From assembly GCF_009914755.1 (NCBI RefSeq), contig NC_060932.1: a stretch of 64,000 nucleotides of DNA, one strand, 5' to 3'. Source of the stretch: the human T2T-CHM13v2.0 reference genome, Homo sapiens. Under the pieces are notes generated by a model that searched no databases, was not told the origin of the DNA, and saw only the letters and a list, made by a program, of their open reading frames with translations. Shown here piece after piece: positions 44,143 to 57,751 of the stretch; position 1 is the first letter of the stretch; each line of letters starts with the position of its first letter. A program made the position numbers and the translations under genes.

Positions 44143-45689
44143 GTGGACCATGGTAGGTCTGAGGAATTTCAAAGCCAAAAACACCCAGAGACGGAAGTCT
44201 GAGAAAGCATTGGGAATATGAGGGAGTATCAGGAATACCAGGGACTAGAGTACAGAGATCAGAATCTTGCACTAATTGCCTGAGAAGTTTGCTGAAATCC
44301 TTACTTAGAGCAATGTTGTGGAGAGGAATATGAAAGGTAAGTATGGTGGAGGAGAAAGGAGTGCTTTTGCTTTTGCCTTTTGGCCCCTTAAGTGAGAGTT
44401 TATAAAGTAAGACAACAGCTTATGTGCACTAATCATTTGCTGAGTGACTAGGTTCAGCAAGTTTCTATTTTCCCTGGGAGATAATAGATTTAGATGTTTT
44501 AAACTATAATTTTTTCCTACTGTTAATAAACTCTGAGTGCCATAGTGACTGGCAAAGATTAAATAATAAATAAATTGATGAGTTATTATAATTTTATAAT
44601 CAGCTGTATCCAACAATTGAATTAGTCTCTAGCACTTCATTACCAGAAATGGCACAGATTAAGCTTTCTGCTACCTGAACAGATTTCTATAAAGATACAC
44701 CACAAGTCATGCTTCTAATTTCCTCCCCCTTGACAAGAGGCATTGGAGATATAGTGAAGTGTGGCTGATTTTTATCCACCGTGCTAAACAAGGCACCTTT
44801 TGTTATCTCCATCATACTCTGTTCCTTTGCGGGAAACACTTAGCATGACTCACAGTACCTGCTGGTGTCTATTACCTTGGGTTATGTAAGAGGTAAAATA
44901 AAAATGACTGGATTTAAAGGGCCAAAAGTAATAAGGACGTAGAAAGAAAGTCACCTGGAGTAAATGGTTACACGAGGACATGGCAAATGTCTAGTAGCTA
45001 CATGTTGAGGGTTGGCAGTGCTTCTGGGTCCCGATTTTTCATAAGGGTAAAACAAAATGTCCTACATTCTAGGCAGCAGGAAACAAATCAGCAACCCTGC
45101 AGGGAGAAATGATTGCAATTGCTCTGGCACTTAGGTCTAGAAGTGATAGGTGGATGAGTCAAAATCATTGCAGGTTGTTGAGAGTACCTTACTATTAACA
45201 GGTGAACATAAAGTCTGGTATCCAGCTTGGGATAAAGGGGATAATGTTAAAGAATATGTCTATACAACTTCTTCACAGATGAGGGCTACAAAGAAATAGG
45301 ATTCATTTTTCCTTTTACCAGTGAAGTCAAAATGCTTTTTAAAAAAATTAGACACTGGAATTATGAACAAGCTACTTGTGCAACAACGTGTCACTTTCTT
45401 TGTACCTTAGAGGTCTAGCTCCAAGATCCATATATTTTGTACTCTAAATCTGGGGATTTTCTAAGTGCTGTGGCCCCTGTTGTGAAGCTTTAACTACTCA
45501 GTAATGGTCCCTATTCATCAACTTGGCTTTTTTTCCTGGCAATTTTAGAGGGTTGTCTGTCAATTTCACAGTGAGGGGAGCAGGTATATTATACCGAGCA
45601 ATTTTATAATCTACAATTTTCTTATCTATTAGGTTCTTTTGTCATTGACCTACATTCAGTGAATTTAAGGATGACTTGGAAAGATAAAA

Positions 45690-45850
45690 CTTATATACAA
45701 ATTTCTGGGATTGTTCTGGTAGTTCCGGGTGGGGTCTAGAAATCTAATTTTTGAGCAAATTTGACTCAAATCTAATTTCTGAGCAACTTTGACTCAGTTG
45801 ATCCCTATGTAGCTGTTCCAAAGACCACACTTTGGGAAATGTTCTCCTAG
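45690..45850. mobile_element. MER5-like fragment carrying a 28-bp tandem duplication
   Basis: gtagttccgggtggggtctagaaatct..gttgatccctatgtagctgttccaaagaccacactttgggaaa. Confidence 0.6.
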
Positions 45851-48279
45851 AGTCACTAGGTTTGCAGGTCCCATTACTTAGGAATAACCCTGACCTGGGT
45901 TCTGCTTAATTACCAATTTGGACTTAGGTTCAAAGAGCTGCAGAACAAAGGGTGGAGAGAAAGCCCAGGAGAGTCCGCCACAGGCCCTTAATACATTCAT
46001 CTCCATGCCTGGACTGGCTGTCCCTACACTGGGAAGCAAGGCTCATTTCCATGAGTAGAGAGAAAGTTAAGAACAAGTTTCTAGGAAAGTGAAGTTTCCT
46101 AACCTCTTAGATATGTCCATTCTAATGGTCAGAATATCACTCATTTCCTATGAGCTATTGAATATTATTAAGAAAGATAAGGTGATTAATATCCTGATTG
46201 GGATCTGCAATCTCAAAAGAGTAGGTTTAATCTCTCTCTGTTATGGTTTAGAAATCCTAGAGTGTCTTTGATTGATGCCATTCTTTAAGGCTGTTAGGCA
46301 TACCAAAACAATTTGTATATTTTTGTTATTATTCCTATCAAGTCCCCTACAATCCCACTTTTAAGGAACACATGATATAAGTCCCAAGAAGAACCTTGTG
46401 ATAGTTCAATCAATTGCCAAGCAACTGTATATAATGTGGCTGATTTTGCTTCCTACCAGCCATACTCTATTTGCAATCAAAATTTGCACCTTGGTGCACA
46501 AGAAAAAAAATAGACATACTGCAAAAAATCAAATACAAAATTGGTCTTTTATGTTTCTTGGTAAAATGGATGATGGGAACTATTACATTATGTGCAACAT
46601 TTCACTTAATGTATCTGTTTTCCAAAACGGTTTAATAAAACCCTCAATCTACTAAACAAAGCCCCCCCAGTATAGTATTTAGGGGAGCCAAACCATGTAT
46701 GAAACTCACAACTACCCCAGTAAAGTGAGGAAGTTTCCTTTTAAAAATTGGGCCTTGTGTTTAGTTAAGCTTGCAATCCATGACTGCTTCTGTGAATTAA
46801 GAGAGATTTTTCTCTCTTCATTAACCATTAACTCCTATATGTTTCTTTCCTTTGGAATCTAAAATAAATCAAATCAGGAAATATTTTTAGCTTTTGAGTT
46901 GATTAACTGTTTTGCCAACATTTATAGAAGGTATTTGTTAGGACCTAGGGGAGCAATTTCTTAAAATAAGTACTTACAAGTTGCCTGCTATTTGCCTAAA
47001 GTGATCCTTCACCCTAAAGCGTAGTGAGATGACTGAATGTCAGTGCTATTTCTTTGATGGCCAACAATGATCCTTTCTCTAAGGGCAGTAGCCTCATTTA
47101 TTTTAGATGACATTTCACAGTAATATATCATGTCTGACACTTAACCCTTTTAAAACTCAGTAGAAATAGAGGCTCCTGTTGTGTTAACGTCTATAGGAGA
47201 ACCAAATGTGCTCAGGGAGGCAATTGCTCCTTGTTAAGGAAAGTCTTAGCCTTCACGGAGCCTGGTTTTTAATGTTTTTCAAAAGCTCACTGGTCAGAGT
47301 GGATAAGCCTGTCAGTAAATTGCCCGTATTAAAATTTAATTGTATTGTTTTTGTAGAATTCTGGGCTACTTCATGCAGTTGACTTTCTCTAACACCATAT
47401 GTAGAATATTAGAAACAAAAGTCAAAAAAGACAACAACAAAATCCTGAAATATGAAAGCATAATGGGTATTTAGAGATGAAGGCGTTTCATTTCTTCATT
47501 TTACAAATGAAGAAAATGGATTCCAGAGGGAAGTATCACTGCTCTCTAAATATACATTTTTTAATGACTCTGTTTTTCCTACCTTTATTTGGCCTTTCAG
47601 CTCTTTTTTTCCACTTAAGGAACCTCTATATACTCCAAAGCATTAATTCACAGACTGCAGGTCCATAGCACTTTGTTCAGACAATACACATCTATAGAAG
47701 AGTATCACGATTGTGTTAAATGATTGGTTGCATGCTCATGTCTCTAATGGTAGGCAGAAGCAGTCCCTTAATTATCTTTCTATTTTCAGTTCTAACTACA
47801 ATTGGAAGATAGAAGTTAGGAAACTCTGAGTGACTTGATTGATGACACATAAGTAGCCAAGAGAACCACAGAATTTTTTTTTCAACTTTCTCCAGCTAGC
47901 ACTATTTAGACTTCACTCTGTTGATTCAGAGATGGTAGAAGAATTGGCATTGTCTCTTATTCTTCTCTTTTTGTCAAGATACATCTGGAAAAGGTACAAA
48001 GTGTCGAAAAGAGCCAGACACATTCTTTTTTTTTTTTTTTTTTTTTTAATGACACTGCATCTCATCTTTATGTAAAAGATAAAGGGCATTGGGATTTAAA
48101 CAGCGTAGGAGTAATGTGCTGGTCACTGCCTGCTTGAGAAATTACTCAGGTTATCTGAATCTCCTTTCCTAAAAGGGTTATTGTAAAACTTAAATGAGAT
48201 TATATTTGTACAGCATGGGCTAGTAGGTGTTTTTTAAAGGTACTTCTCCCCTATCTTCTCCTATAATTTGACACTTTAT

Positions 48280-48400
48280 AATTTCCAGTTTTTTAACACA
48301 CATTATCTTATTTGGGTCTTAGTACAGCCCTGTGAGATAAGGAAGAGAGGTATTATCCTCTAATTATAGACAAAGAAAATGACATGCTTAAGATATGGTT
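48280..48400 (-). mobile_element. MIR fragment
   Basis: cacacattatcttatttgggtctt..acagccctgtgagataagg..tattatcctctaattatagac. Confidence 0.65.
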
Positions 48401-49837
48401 CTGAGAAAATAAAATCAGGCATTTTGTGCTTCTATTAACACAGTACCCATCCAGTGGCAAGAATCGAAGCTAGCCATTCCCATGTCTGAAGTATAGGATA
48501 AACACAAGCTCCCTCTTCCATGCATACCAGAACTTCCCTTGCAAATTCCAAGGGAATCTAAGACGAACTGTGGAGGAGCTCTCAGAGGCAACCACTATCC
48601 AGCTGGACAAGGACTAGTTTGAGTCAGGCTATCGATGTGGAAGAATTATAACAAAATGCAACAGATTAACATAAATCAAACAAGGAGGTTATTTTTACTA
48701 CTTTATAAGTGAAATATACAAGCAGATCTTTGTACATACCACTGAGAAACCCCAGGTCACAAATGGCCAATATTTTCTCTGAGTAGGTCAATCCATTCAT
48801 TTATAGTCCCAGTCTTAACCAATGGTCTCAAACACATGTGGATAGCTGATATCTCCAAGAAGTCCTATCATCCCTCATGTAACAGAGAAGTTAGAAGTCA
48901 GATTGCTGAGGTGCAATGTTACTGCTATTCTTTTAAGCAAGTGTGGTGGTAGAGGAGAATTTATATTCTTCTTTAAACAAGACGCAAAGCCAGTAAGTGA
49001 CCACAGGTCTTTAATTGAACTGTTGTGGAAAAGGAATGTGAATAAATATGTGCTTAGCTAAAGCTGAGACAGGGTAGTGACCACAGTTGCATGATCCAGT
49101 TGTTATGCCTTAATATGGTGCTCACATAGAAGTGGTAGGCTACTGTGAGTGGATGTGGGTGAAACCCTTTGTCCACAGCTGTCACTGTGTGCAGCCCCAG
49201 TTTTCAGACATTCTCATTTCACCTAGGTGTGATCAGTAAACAAATGAAGGTGATTTTCAGGTTGACCAATAACAGTAGCACTCTGTCAGTGAAGCGAGGG
49301 TATTTTATGATGTTTCTGACCTCCCATTCTATCTGAGGATGTGCTAACTCTGACTTTACCTGGGCACTGCCAATAGGAAAAGGGGCCTGGTAGAATTTCT
49401 GTTCACCTTTAAAAACATACATACGATTTCTCTTTTAATTTCTAGTTATCATTTCTCCTCCTTAACTTTATCATGCTTTGGACAATATCCTACGATTCTC
49501 CTTTCCAAGCCCTGAAATAAAATGCAATTGAAATTGAAGAATATATTTAGACTTAGAGTTGGAAAGACATAACATTCAAAAGGGTCCTGGAAGCCCTAAA
49601 GTCTTCTCAAGTGCTAAGTTTCATAGGAGCCAGCTTTTAACCATTTTTCTTTCATTATCACTCCTCCTACACCTGAACATTTTGGACATCTAGAATCAAG
49701 AAGGAAGGGTGGGTAGGACAGCATTAGACTATGGGGGGCTTCTGGTCTTGGGAAGCAAGACATCCGATATTTAAAAAATGATCGTGAAAATAAATCAATT
49801 TAGATGCATAAAAACCTCAGGTCATTTTTAAAAAAAT

Positions 49838-50710
49838 AAACATAATAGTTTTAGATTTACAGAAAAATTATAAAGATAGGGTAGTGAGTTCCCATGTACC
49901 CCACACCCAGTTTTCCCTATTTTTAACAGCTTACTTTAGTAGGTTATATTTGGCACAATTAATAAACTGATGTATATTATTAAACAAATATTAATAGAAA
50001 TTATACTAAACCAATAATTGATATTAATCTAAATGAATATTCTCAAGTCTGTACTTCATTCACATTTCCTCAGTTTTTTTCTAGTATCTTTTTTCTGATC
50101 CAGTATTCCTTCTAGGACAACACACTGCATATAGTAGTTGTGTCTCCTGAGGCTTCTTTTGGCTGGCACATATTTTTAGATTTGTTGTTGTTTTTGATTG
50201 TCTTAACCACTTTGGGGAGCATTGGCCAGGTATTTTGTAGAATGTGTTTCAGTTGGAATTTGTCTCACATTTTTCTGATGGAGTTATGGGCTTGGGAGAA
50301 GACCAAAGACGTACATTGACATTTCGATCACATCATATCAAGGGTAATACTATCAACATGACTTATTGTTATTGACTGCAACCTCGATCACCTGACTGTG
50401 GTAGTGTTTGTCATGTTTTCTATTGTAAATCAATTCTTTGTCATCCCTTCCATACTAAAATCTTTGGAAGGAAGTCACTGCGTTCAGCCCATACTTACAG
50501 AATGAGGAGTTTTGCTCCTTTTCCTTGAGAGCAAAATATATGTATGGACTATGTGAAATTTTGTGTGGGAGGTTTGTCCATTCTGCCCCATTAATTTATT
50601 TATTTGCTCATTTCTGTATAACAGTATGAAATTTCATGAATATTTATGAGATATTGGAATATGATACATGCTGTTATTTATTTTGTTGTCCTAATTTTTT
50701 CAGCTTTAGA
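49838..50710 (-). mobile_element. L1MC/L1MD-type 3' end
   Basis: agttttagatttacagaaaaatt..gagttcccatgtaccccacacccagttttccctat..tggccaggtattttgtagaatgt..ctttggaaggaagtcact. Confidence 0.88.
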
Positions 50711-50770
50711 CATGTCTCATAGTTTAAAAGAAAGTTTTCCATAAACTTTATTTTAAAAATAGGTATTTTA

Positions 50771-50891
50771 TTTCTATATATATTTTTTATTATACTTTAA
50801 GTACAGTCATTAAAAAATTATGAGTTCATGTCCTTTGTAGGGACATGGATGAAGCTGGAAACCACCATTCTCAGCAAACTATTGCAAGGAC
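50771..50891 (-). mobile_element. Very short 5'-inverted young L1PA with 16-bp TSD
   Basis: Antisense L1 3' tip (ttttttattatactttaagt) joined to sense L1PA 3'UTR (atgagttcatgtcctttgtagggacatggatgaagctggaaacc); TSD aaaaataggtatttta at 50755-50770 and 50892-50907. Confidence 0.92.
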
Positions 50892-50909
50892 AAAAATAGG
50901 TATTTTAAA

Positions 50910-51050
50910 AATAAATATTTATTGAACATCTACTATGCATAAAAATTATGCTAGGACTGAAGAAATATTAATTGAATGAAGTATTGATATCACCGTCAAG
51001 GAACTTGTAACTCTGGGAGAGAGGGAATCTCAAATAAATAACCTTCATGC
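50910..51050 (-). mobile_element. L2 3' end
   Basis: aaatatttattgaacatctactatgc..tgctaggactga..tcaaggaacttgtaactct. Confidence 0.7.
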
Positions 51051-51069
51051 AAGCAAGATACAGGCAACC

Positions 51070-51370
51070 CCAAACCCAAATTCCAGATCCACAAATTAAT
51101 AGCCTTGTGACACTGGGCAACTCACTCCATCTTTCTCAGATTAAAAATATTCTGAAAAAAAAATTGCTTCATATAGTTATTTAGAAAATCAAATTAATAT
51201 AATTTAAAGTGAAAAAAGGGTAGTAGATCACTGGTTAAGAATCTAGCCTTGGAACAGCTTTGATTCATACCCTGCCTTTCCCAATACTAGGTCCATGACC
51301 AGCAGAGCTAATTTGGACTTGTTTACTAACCTCTCAGACCTTAGATTTCATTGCCTATGAAACAGGAAAA
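51070..51370 (+). mobile_element. Two MIR fragments
   Basis: tgtgacactgggcaactcactcc..; tggttaagaatctagccttgga..taacctctcagaccttagatttc. Confidence 0.6.
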
Positions 51371-51723
51371 TAGAAAAAGCAGAGGATGGGGCAGGCTTGT
51401 GGGGTTATCAAGAGCTCTGATTTGTTTCCTCCAAGTTTATTATTTGTCTTAAAAGGCAGGGGATTATCCAGTGAGAATTTGTAACTGGAGCTATAGGTAG
51501 AGGAAGCACAGGCCTATGCGTGATATTCCAAGTCACCATTAGAGGGAAGGCAAAGGTCTGATGAGTAGGAGGGAACTCAAAAGGAACTATCTTTGTAAGG
51601 CTCTGTAGCAACTGCCAATGGTCTGGTGACTGCTTGAGCCCACCACAGAACAGCTTCCACTTGTTGCATGAAAACTTGCACTGAGACTCCAGACAGGTTG
51701 TAGGAAACTCTGTTCTTTGTCTG

Positions 51724-52672
51724 TTTTTATAATTTCAACTTTTATTTTACATTCAAGGGGTACATGTGCAGGTTTGTTACATGGGTGTACCACATGAGGC
51801 TGAGGTTTGGGATATGAAGGATCCCAGCACACAGAAAGTGAACATAGTATCCAATAGTTAGTTTTTCATCCCTTGCCCCGCTCCCTCTGCCCTCTAGTAG
51901 CCCTCAGTGTCTATTGCTCCCATCTTTATGTCCATGAGGACCCACTTCCACTTATAAGTGAGAATACTGCTTATAAGCAGTATTTCGTTTTGTTTTTCCT
52001 GCTTTTATTTGCTTAGGATAATAGCCTTTCACTGCATCCATGTTGCTGCAAAGAACATTAGTCCATTCTTTTTTTTATAGCTGCAGCTCCATGGTATACA
52101 TGTACCACATTTTGTTTATCCAATCCATGTGTATAAGCACCGGGATTGATTCCATGTCTTTGCTGAGATAAATAGTGCTTCAATAAACATACGAGTGAAT
52201 GTGTCTTTTTGGTAGAATGATCTACTTTATTTCAGATACATACTCAGTAATGGGATTGCTGGGTTGAATGGTAGTTCTATTTTAAGTTCTTTGAGAAGTC
52301 TCCACGCTGCTTTCCACAACGACTGAACTAATTTAAATTCCCACCAACAGTGTATAAGTTTTCCCTTTTCTCCTAAGCCTAGCCAGCATCTGTTGATTTT
52401 TTCTTTTTTATTTTCACTTAATAATAGCCATTTTGACTGATGTGAGATGGTGTGTCATTGTGGCTTTGATTTGCATGTCTCTGATGATTAGTGATGCCGA
52501 ACATTTTTTCGTATGTTTGTTGGCCACTGGCATGTCTTCTTTTGAGAAATATCTGTTCATGTCATTTGCCCACATTTTAATGGGGTTGTTTTTTCTTTGT
52601 TGAATTAAGTTTTTATGGATTCTAGATATTAGTCCTTTGCTGAATGCATAGTTTGCAAATATTTTCTTCCAT
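51724..52672 (-). mobile_element. L1PA15/16-like 3' end, about 950 bp
   Basis: tttcaacttttattttacattcaaggggtacatgtgcaggtttgttacatggg..gcatagtttgcaaatattttcttccatt. Confidence 0.95.
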
Positions 52673-52770
52673 TATAGCTCACTGCAGCCGACCTCCTGGG
52701 CTCAAACAATCCTCCTGCCTCAGCCTCCAGAATAGTTGGGACCACATGTGCATGCCACCATGCTTGGCCA
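52673..52770 (-). mobile_element. AluJ right-arm/FRAM-like fragment abutting the L1
   Basis: atagctcactgcagccgacctcctgggctcaaacaatcctcctgcctcagcc..gccaccatgcttggcc. Confidence 0.88.
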
Positions 52771-52779
52771 ACTTACTGT

Positions 52780-52900
52780 TGATTTAAATGTTGGTCTCTC
52801 CATTGGAATCTAAGCTTCTTCAGGGCAGGGTCCATATCATCATAGCCCTAGATCCTAGCATTGTGCAGATACTGAGTAAATATTCATTTAGAAAAGAATG
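52780..52900 (+). mobile_element. L2 3' tip
   Basis: gtctctccattggaatctaagcttcttcagggcaggg..cctagcattgtgc..taaatattc. Confidence 0.7.
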
Positions 52901-52904
52901 ATGA

Positions 52905-53197
52905 GGCTGGGCATGATGGCTTATTTCTGTAATCCCAGCACTTTGGGAGGCCAAGGCTGGAGGATTGTTTGAGCCCAGGAGTTTGAGACTAGCCTGGGCA
53001 ATATAGTGAAACCCCAACTCTACAAAAACATTTAAGAATTAGCCACATGTGATGGCATGTACCTGTAGTCACAGCTGTTCTGGAGCTGAGGCAGTAGGAT
53101 CACTTGAGCCTAGGAGGTAGGCTGCAGTGAGCTACTATTGCACCACTGCACTTCAACCTGGGCAACACAGTGGGACCCTGTCTCCCCTGCCCCAAAA
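52905..53197 (+). mobile_element. AluJ-type
   Basis: Full Alu; aatgatga on both flanks. Confidence 0.95.
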
Positions 53198-53430
53198 AAT
53201 GATGAATTCTGAAGATTTCATTATATAAATTATTAGGAAGCTTAGGTAGAGGATATAACAAAAGGAAACTGAACTTCGTAATCTCACTACAAACCCTCAT
53301 TTCTGAGAGGTTGAGTGTGTGTCTGTGGCAATCATGATATGAGGAATGACAAGACATGCTAATTTCATTTTTTATTGTTTTATAAGCCTGCTTTTTCTTT
53401 TAATTTCTCTTTTTCTCCCACAGGAATAAA

Positions 53431-53922
53431 TGAAGTCCCAATGAGAAAAGCAAAGTCTATTTTTTTCAGAGCTTGCTATGCCAAAGGAGTCAACCACCAT
53501 CACTTGTGTTTAAGCAGCGACTCAAAGTAGACGAAGCAGTGGTGAAGCTTCATGATGGGTGAGGATAGGTAGGCTTCAGATGTGCGCTGATTGGAGGCTA
53601 TTGGCATGGGAGAGCTGTGGGTGGGCTTATCAGAAACAGGGCATCCTATTTCATTGGTTAAGGGTGCATATTTGGCTTTCTCTGGTTGGCCCTAGGTTGG
53701 AAGTAGAGACAAGAAGTAGGAAAACTGTCAGTTATTAATCAAGCCCTGGCCATCGTGGGTCAATTGTTACAGAAGTTACTGTGCAGCTTCCTGGATTGTT
53801 ACTAGAGAGAGCAATCTGGCTTCCTGTAAATCTGACTTACAGCATGCTGGCTTGTTGGGCCGTTGACTGAAGATAAGGAGGTTTCATTTCCTGATCAGTT
53901 TGCTTCAGGTCATTTTTTTACA
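53431..53922 (-). mobile_element. ERV1-class LTR (MER67-like)
   Basis: cagagcttgctatg..ctgattggaggctattggcatggg..gtgcatatttggctttctctggttgg..ctgtcagttattaatcaag; family from recalled consensus. Confidence 0.75.
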
Positions 53923-54567
53923 GGACCTGGTTGTTACCCATTTCTGCGTTCAGTCTCTCTTTCTTCTTGTCAACTTTTTATCTCCTTTTCTCCAAATCTT
54001 TTTCTCATTTTTTCTAAATCTTCTCTTTATATTTATGTATTTTCTTAGGGCCCAGTAAAAGTTAGGGAAGGGCAATGTGAAATGTGGTGAAGATTCAACT
54101 TATAAGGCAACAGGTTTTGTTCATTCACATCAAGCTCTGAAAATCTCTCATCTTAAAGGATGGAGAATTTGGTCAATTTAGTGATCCTAAATGTGCAATA
54201 AAGTTTGTTTTTATGAACAATTATTAAATGCCATGGTGTTATTTGGCTATATTCAAACACAACATTAAATCATTTTCTGTACAAGTCTCCCAGAAAATAG
54301 AAAACTTAGAGTCTGCAAACATAATTCAGTATTTTCTGGATGTGAGATTGAACTGAGCACACTTCAGTTTCTCTTCTCTGGACTTGCCAACACATGGAAC
54401 TATTTTGAGATGAGGCAGCAGAAAAAAATTCATGTAGCCTCCAATATGTACTTCTAAAATATTTTATCTTTTTCATTTTAGGGACTCGGAATGGAGCTTA
54501 AATGTGGCCATTTGGCCTAACAGTGTTTCCTATTTGAAGATGCATTCAGATCCAAAAATTAGACTTA

Positions 54568-54878
<311 letters not shown>

Positions 54879-55106
54879 GTGGGTGTTTTCTGTCTTTCTG
54901 GAAAATTGCCAACTGGAGCAGTAAACCAAAGTGAGCTAGTGAGCATCAAGAGAAAGAAACTTGTTTAGATTAATAGGTAGAGCTAATTTTTTATAGTACC
55001 CCTGATCTTGTGTAAAGAAGATCTATAATCAAAGAAAATATTTTATATTTTTTGTAGGTTTGCTAAATTTGTGGATCATACTTTATTATAATACATGAAA
55101 TTTATT

Positions 55107-55410
55107 ATTTTTGCACTTATTTTTATTTTCTTGAGACAAGGTCTCGCTCTTTCACTCAGGCTGGAGTGCAGTGGTGTGATCACAACTTACTGCAGCCTTG
55201 ACCTCACAAGTTCAAGTGATCCTCTCACCATAGCCTCCTGAGTAGCTGGGACTACAGGTGTGACTCACCATGCCTGGCTAATTTTCTCATATATTTTGTA
55301 GAGATGGAGGTCTCGCTATGTTGCCCAGGTTAGTCTTGAATTCCTGGACTCAAGTGATCCTTGGCTTTCCAAAGTGCTGGGATTGTAGGCATGAGCTATC
55401 ATGCCCAGCC
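55107..55410 (-). mobile_element. AluJ-type
   Basis: Antisense Alu; TSD gaaatttatt at 55097-55106 and 55411-55420. Confidence 0.95.
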
Positions 55411-56759
55411 GAAATTTATTTTTAATGGCATTCTTCCTCTCTTCTGGAATTTTTAAAGCCAATTAGGCATTGACATTGTTAGCTGTGAACATCTGCAGCA
55501 TCTCCTCTGATCTGCTCTTTACCCAGCATAACACAGGATTTTTCCAAGGGAAGTGAGTATTGCCTTGGGTCTGTAAATCCAAGGAGGAGGGAGATAAGTT
55601 AGGCACCAGATCACAACAGTCTCCTACTGAACAAATGTACTTGAGAATAGCATTTTGGAAGGTGATCCAGCTGTGCAAGCTGAATCATTTTTCACAGCAA
55701 TTTTACTAATGCTTCTCACCCCAAATTTTAAAAGCCTGATGAGTCACACTGAATGGCCAACTGCTTACATTTTCAAGCAGAACAGAAAAGCATTTACATA
55801 CATAGGCACAATACATTACTAGATCAACCAAATTAACTCCTACTTGTATAACCCTTCAAACGCCACACAGACAAAATAAATGGTCATTTAACCAGTGGGA
55901 TCACTGGCAAATGTAACATTAAAATGTTGATTATTCTATTCCATCTCATTTTGTGCCTATGTTGTTCTTTCATGAAAGTAGTTAACCAACACCCATAAAT
56001 CTGAAGGTGAGCAAAGGACGAAGTTAGGTTTCCTAATATGCTAAAATAATATCCGTATGAGATGAGACATTTTCCTGGCACAGCTTACAAAGAAAACATG
56101 CTTCCTTTAACTTAAAAGAGGAAGGGAGTGGACTAAATACTCTGTGGATGGTGCACTGAGTCTAGAAAATCTTCAGCCTTATGAGAACCAGGTTTGTATG
56201 AGGCAACTTAAAGTCTTTTATAAAGAAATAGTAATATTACTGTGTTCGAAAGGAGGAAGCAGCTTGTTCCTGTGGCCATTCCATAGCATTAGGATCATCA
56301 CTCATCAGTTATGGTACATGGTACTTTTAGTCTTCAGAACATTTGGTGCATTTTATCAAATTTTCCACACATCACTAGAAGGCACAGTGGCCTATAACAT
56401 CCTGTTTGTCACACATTACTTTTGAAAGTGTCTAGGGATTCTATTTATTGGATCATCAATGATAGGAACAGAACATCTATATTTATCATCATCTCTAAAA
56501 GAACAGGGTCAGTTATTTGCCCAAGACTTGAAAGTATTTTTTATAATAATCTCCAATGAAAAGATGTGAACATTTTCCATATTCTACTTCTTATGGGCAT
56601 GTAATACTTCATCACTGTGTCCTTTGCTCTGTACCCAAATCATGTTATGTGCTGTGTCATCAAACACCTAGTATGGCGTCTGACCACCCATACTCCATGT
56701 TTACGAATAATGATATCACATAAACAGGACAATGGAAATGAAATGCTAGGTAATACTAT

Positions 56760-56875
56760 TGCAGAATCTGATAATCCGAGAGTTAAAGGCATCTTGAGGA
56801 ATCACACATTCTAATGACATACCCCTTATACCAACGCTTGAACATCTCCAGCAATAGGTAACTCACTACCCTAAG
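56760..56875 (-). mobile_element. L3/CR1 3' fragment
   Basis: gcttgaacatctccagcaataggtaactcactacc. Confidence 0.45.
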
Positions 56876-57751
56876 TAGCATGAGGAGATGTCAAGTTCTG
56901 AAGCTGTTTGGGAACAAGGATATGAACACGCATGAAAAGGTGAGAGACAAGTCTTGACCCTTTCAAGGTTGAGAAGTAAAACTGAAATTGCCATATAAAA
57001 TATGAACCTTTGTAGACCTATAGACTTAGCAAGTGGGTATACTAGGGAAACAAAACAGGCACAACAATAGGAAGAGTCACTGAAGTTTGGTTGGTTTTAT
57101 ATTCACTTGTGTTTGTGGTCTTCTATGGTTTGTTTATTTTATTTTGGCTTGGCTTGTATGTTGAAAAAAGCACCCCTCACTAAGAATTTATAAAAAATGC
57201 ATTGGGGATTTAAATTTTTTATACCTGAATGGCTCAAGAACACCTATTTCCAAGCTAATGAAAAATACTGCTTGACCAATGACAACTCTGGGAAGCTTAG
57301 TATAAAATACAAAACCTCACAAGCATCTCTAATGAAGCCACCTAAACAGCCTTGACAATCTCAACAACAAATCATTTCATAAACCAAAATTATAAAACAC
57401 ATAAGGAAATAATCTATTCTAAGTGAAAGAGAGAGCTATTAAAAATTGTTTTAAAACTCTAAGATCTTTGTGTCTTTCTGGAAGAGGGAACAATATAAAT
57501 TGTTTAATCTGAAAAGTCAAGCATACATGTTAAAAACTTAAGGGTTACTAAACCAACAGAAATAACAATATTTACTAAATTATTACGGAGAGAATATATA
57601 ACACTAAATCAGTGACAGTAAGTAAGAAAAAGAAGAAAACGCTAAAGGATAGAGAAAAGGGGAAACACGGAGCACCAAAAAGCAGGTTAAAAAAAAAAAA
57701 GCACAAATAAGATGGAAGACATAAATCCAAACATATTAAGAATCAGTATAG

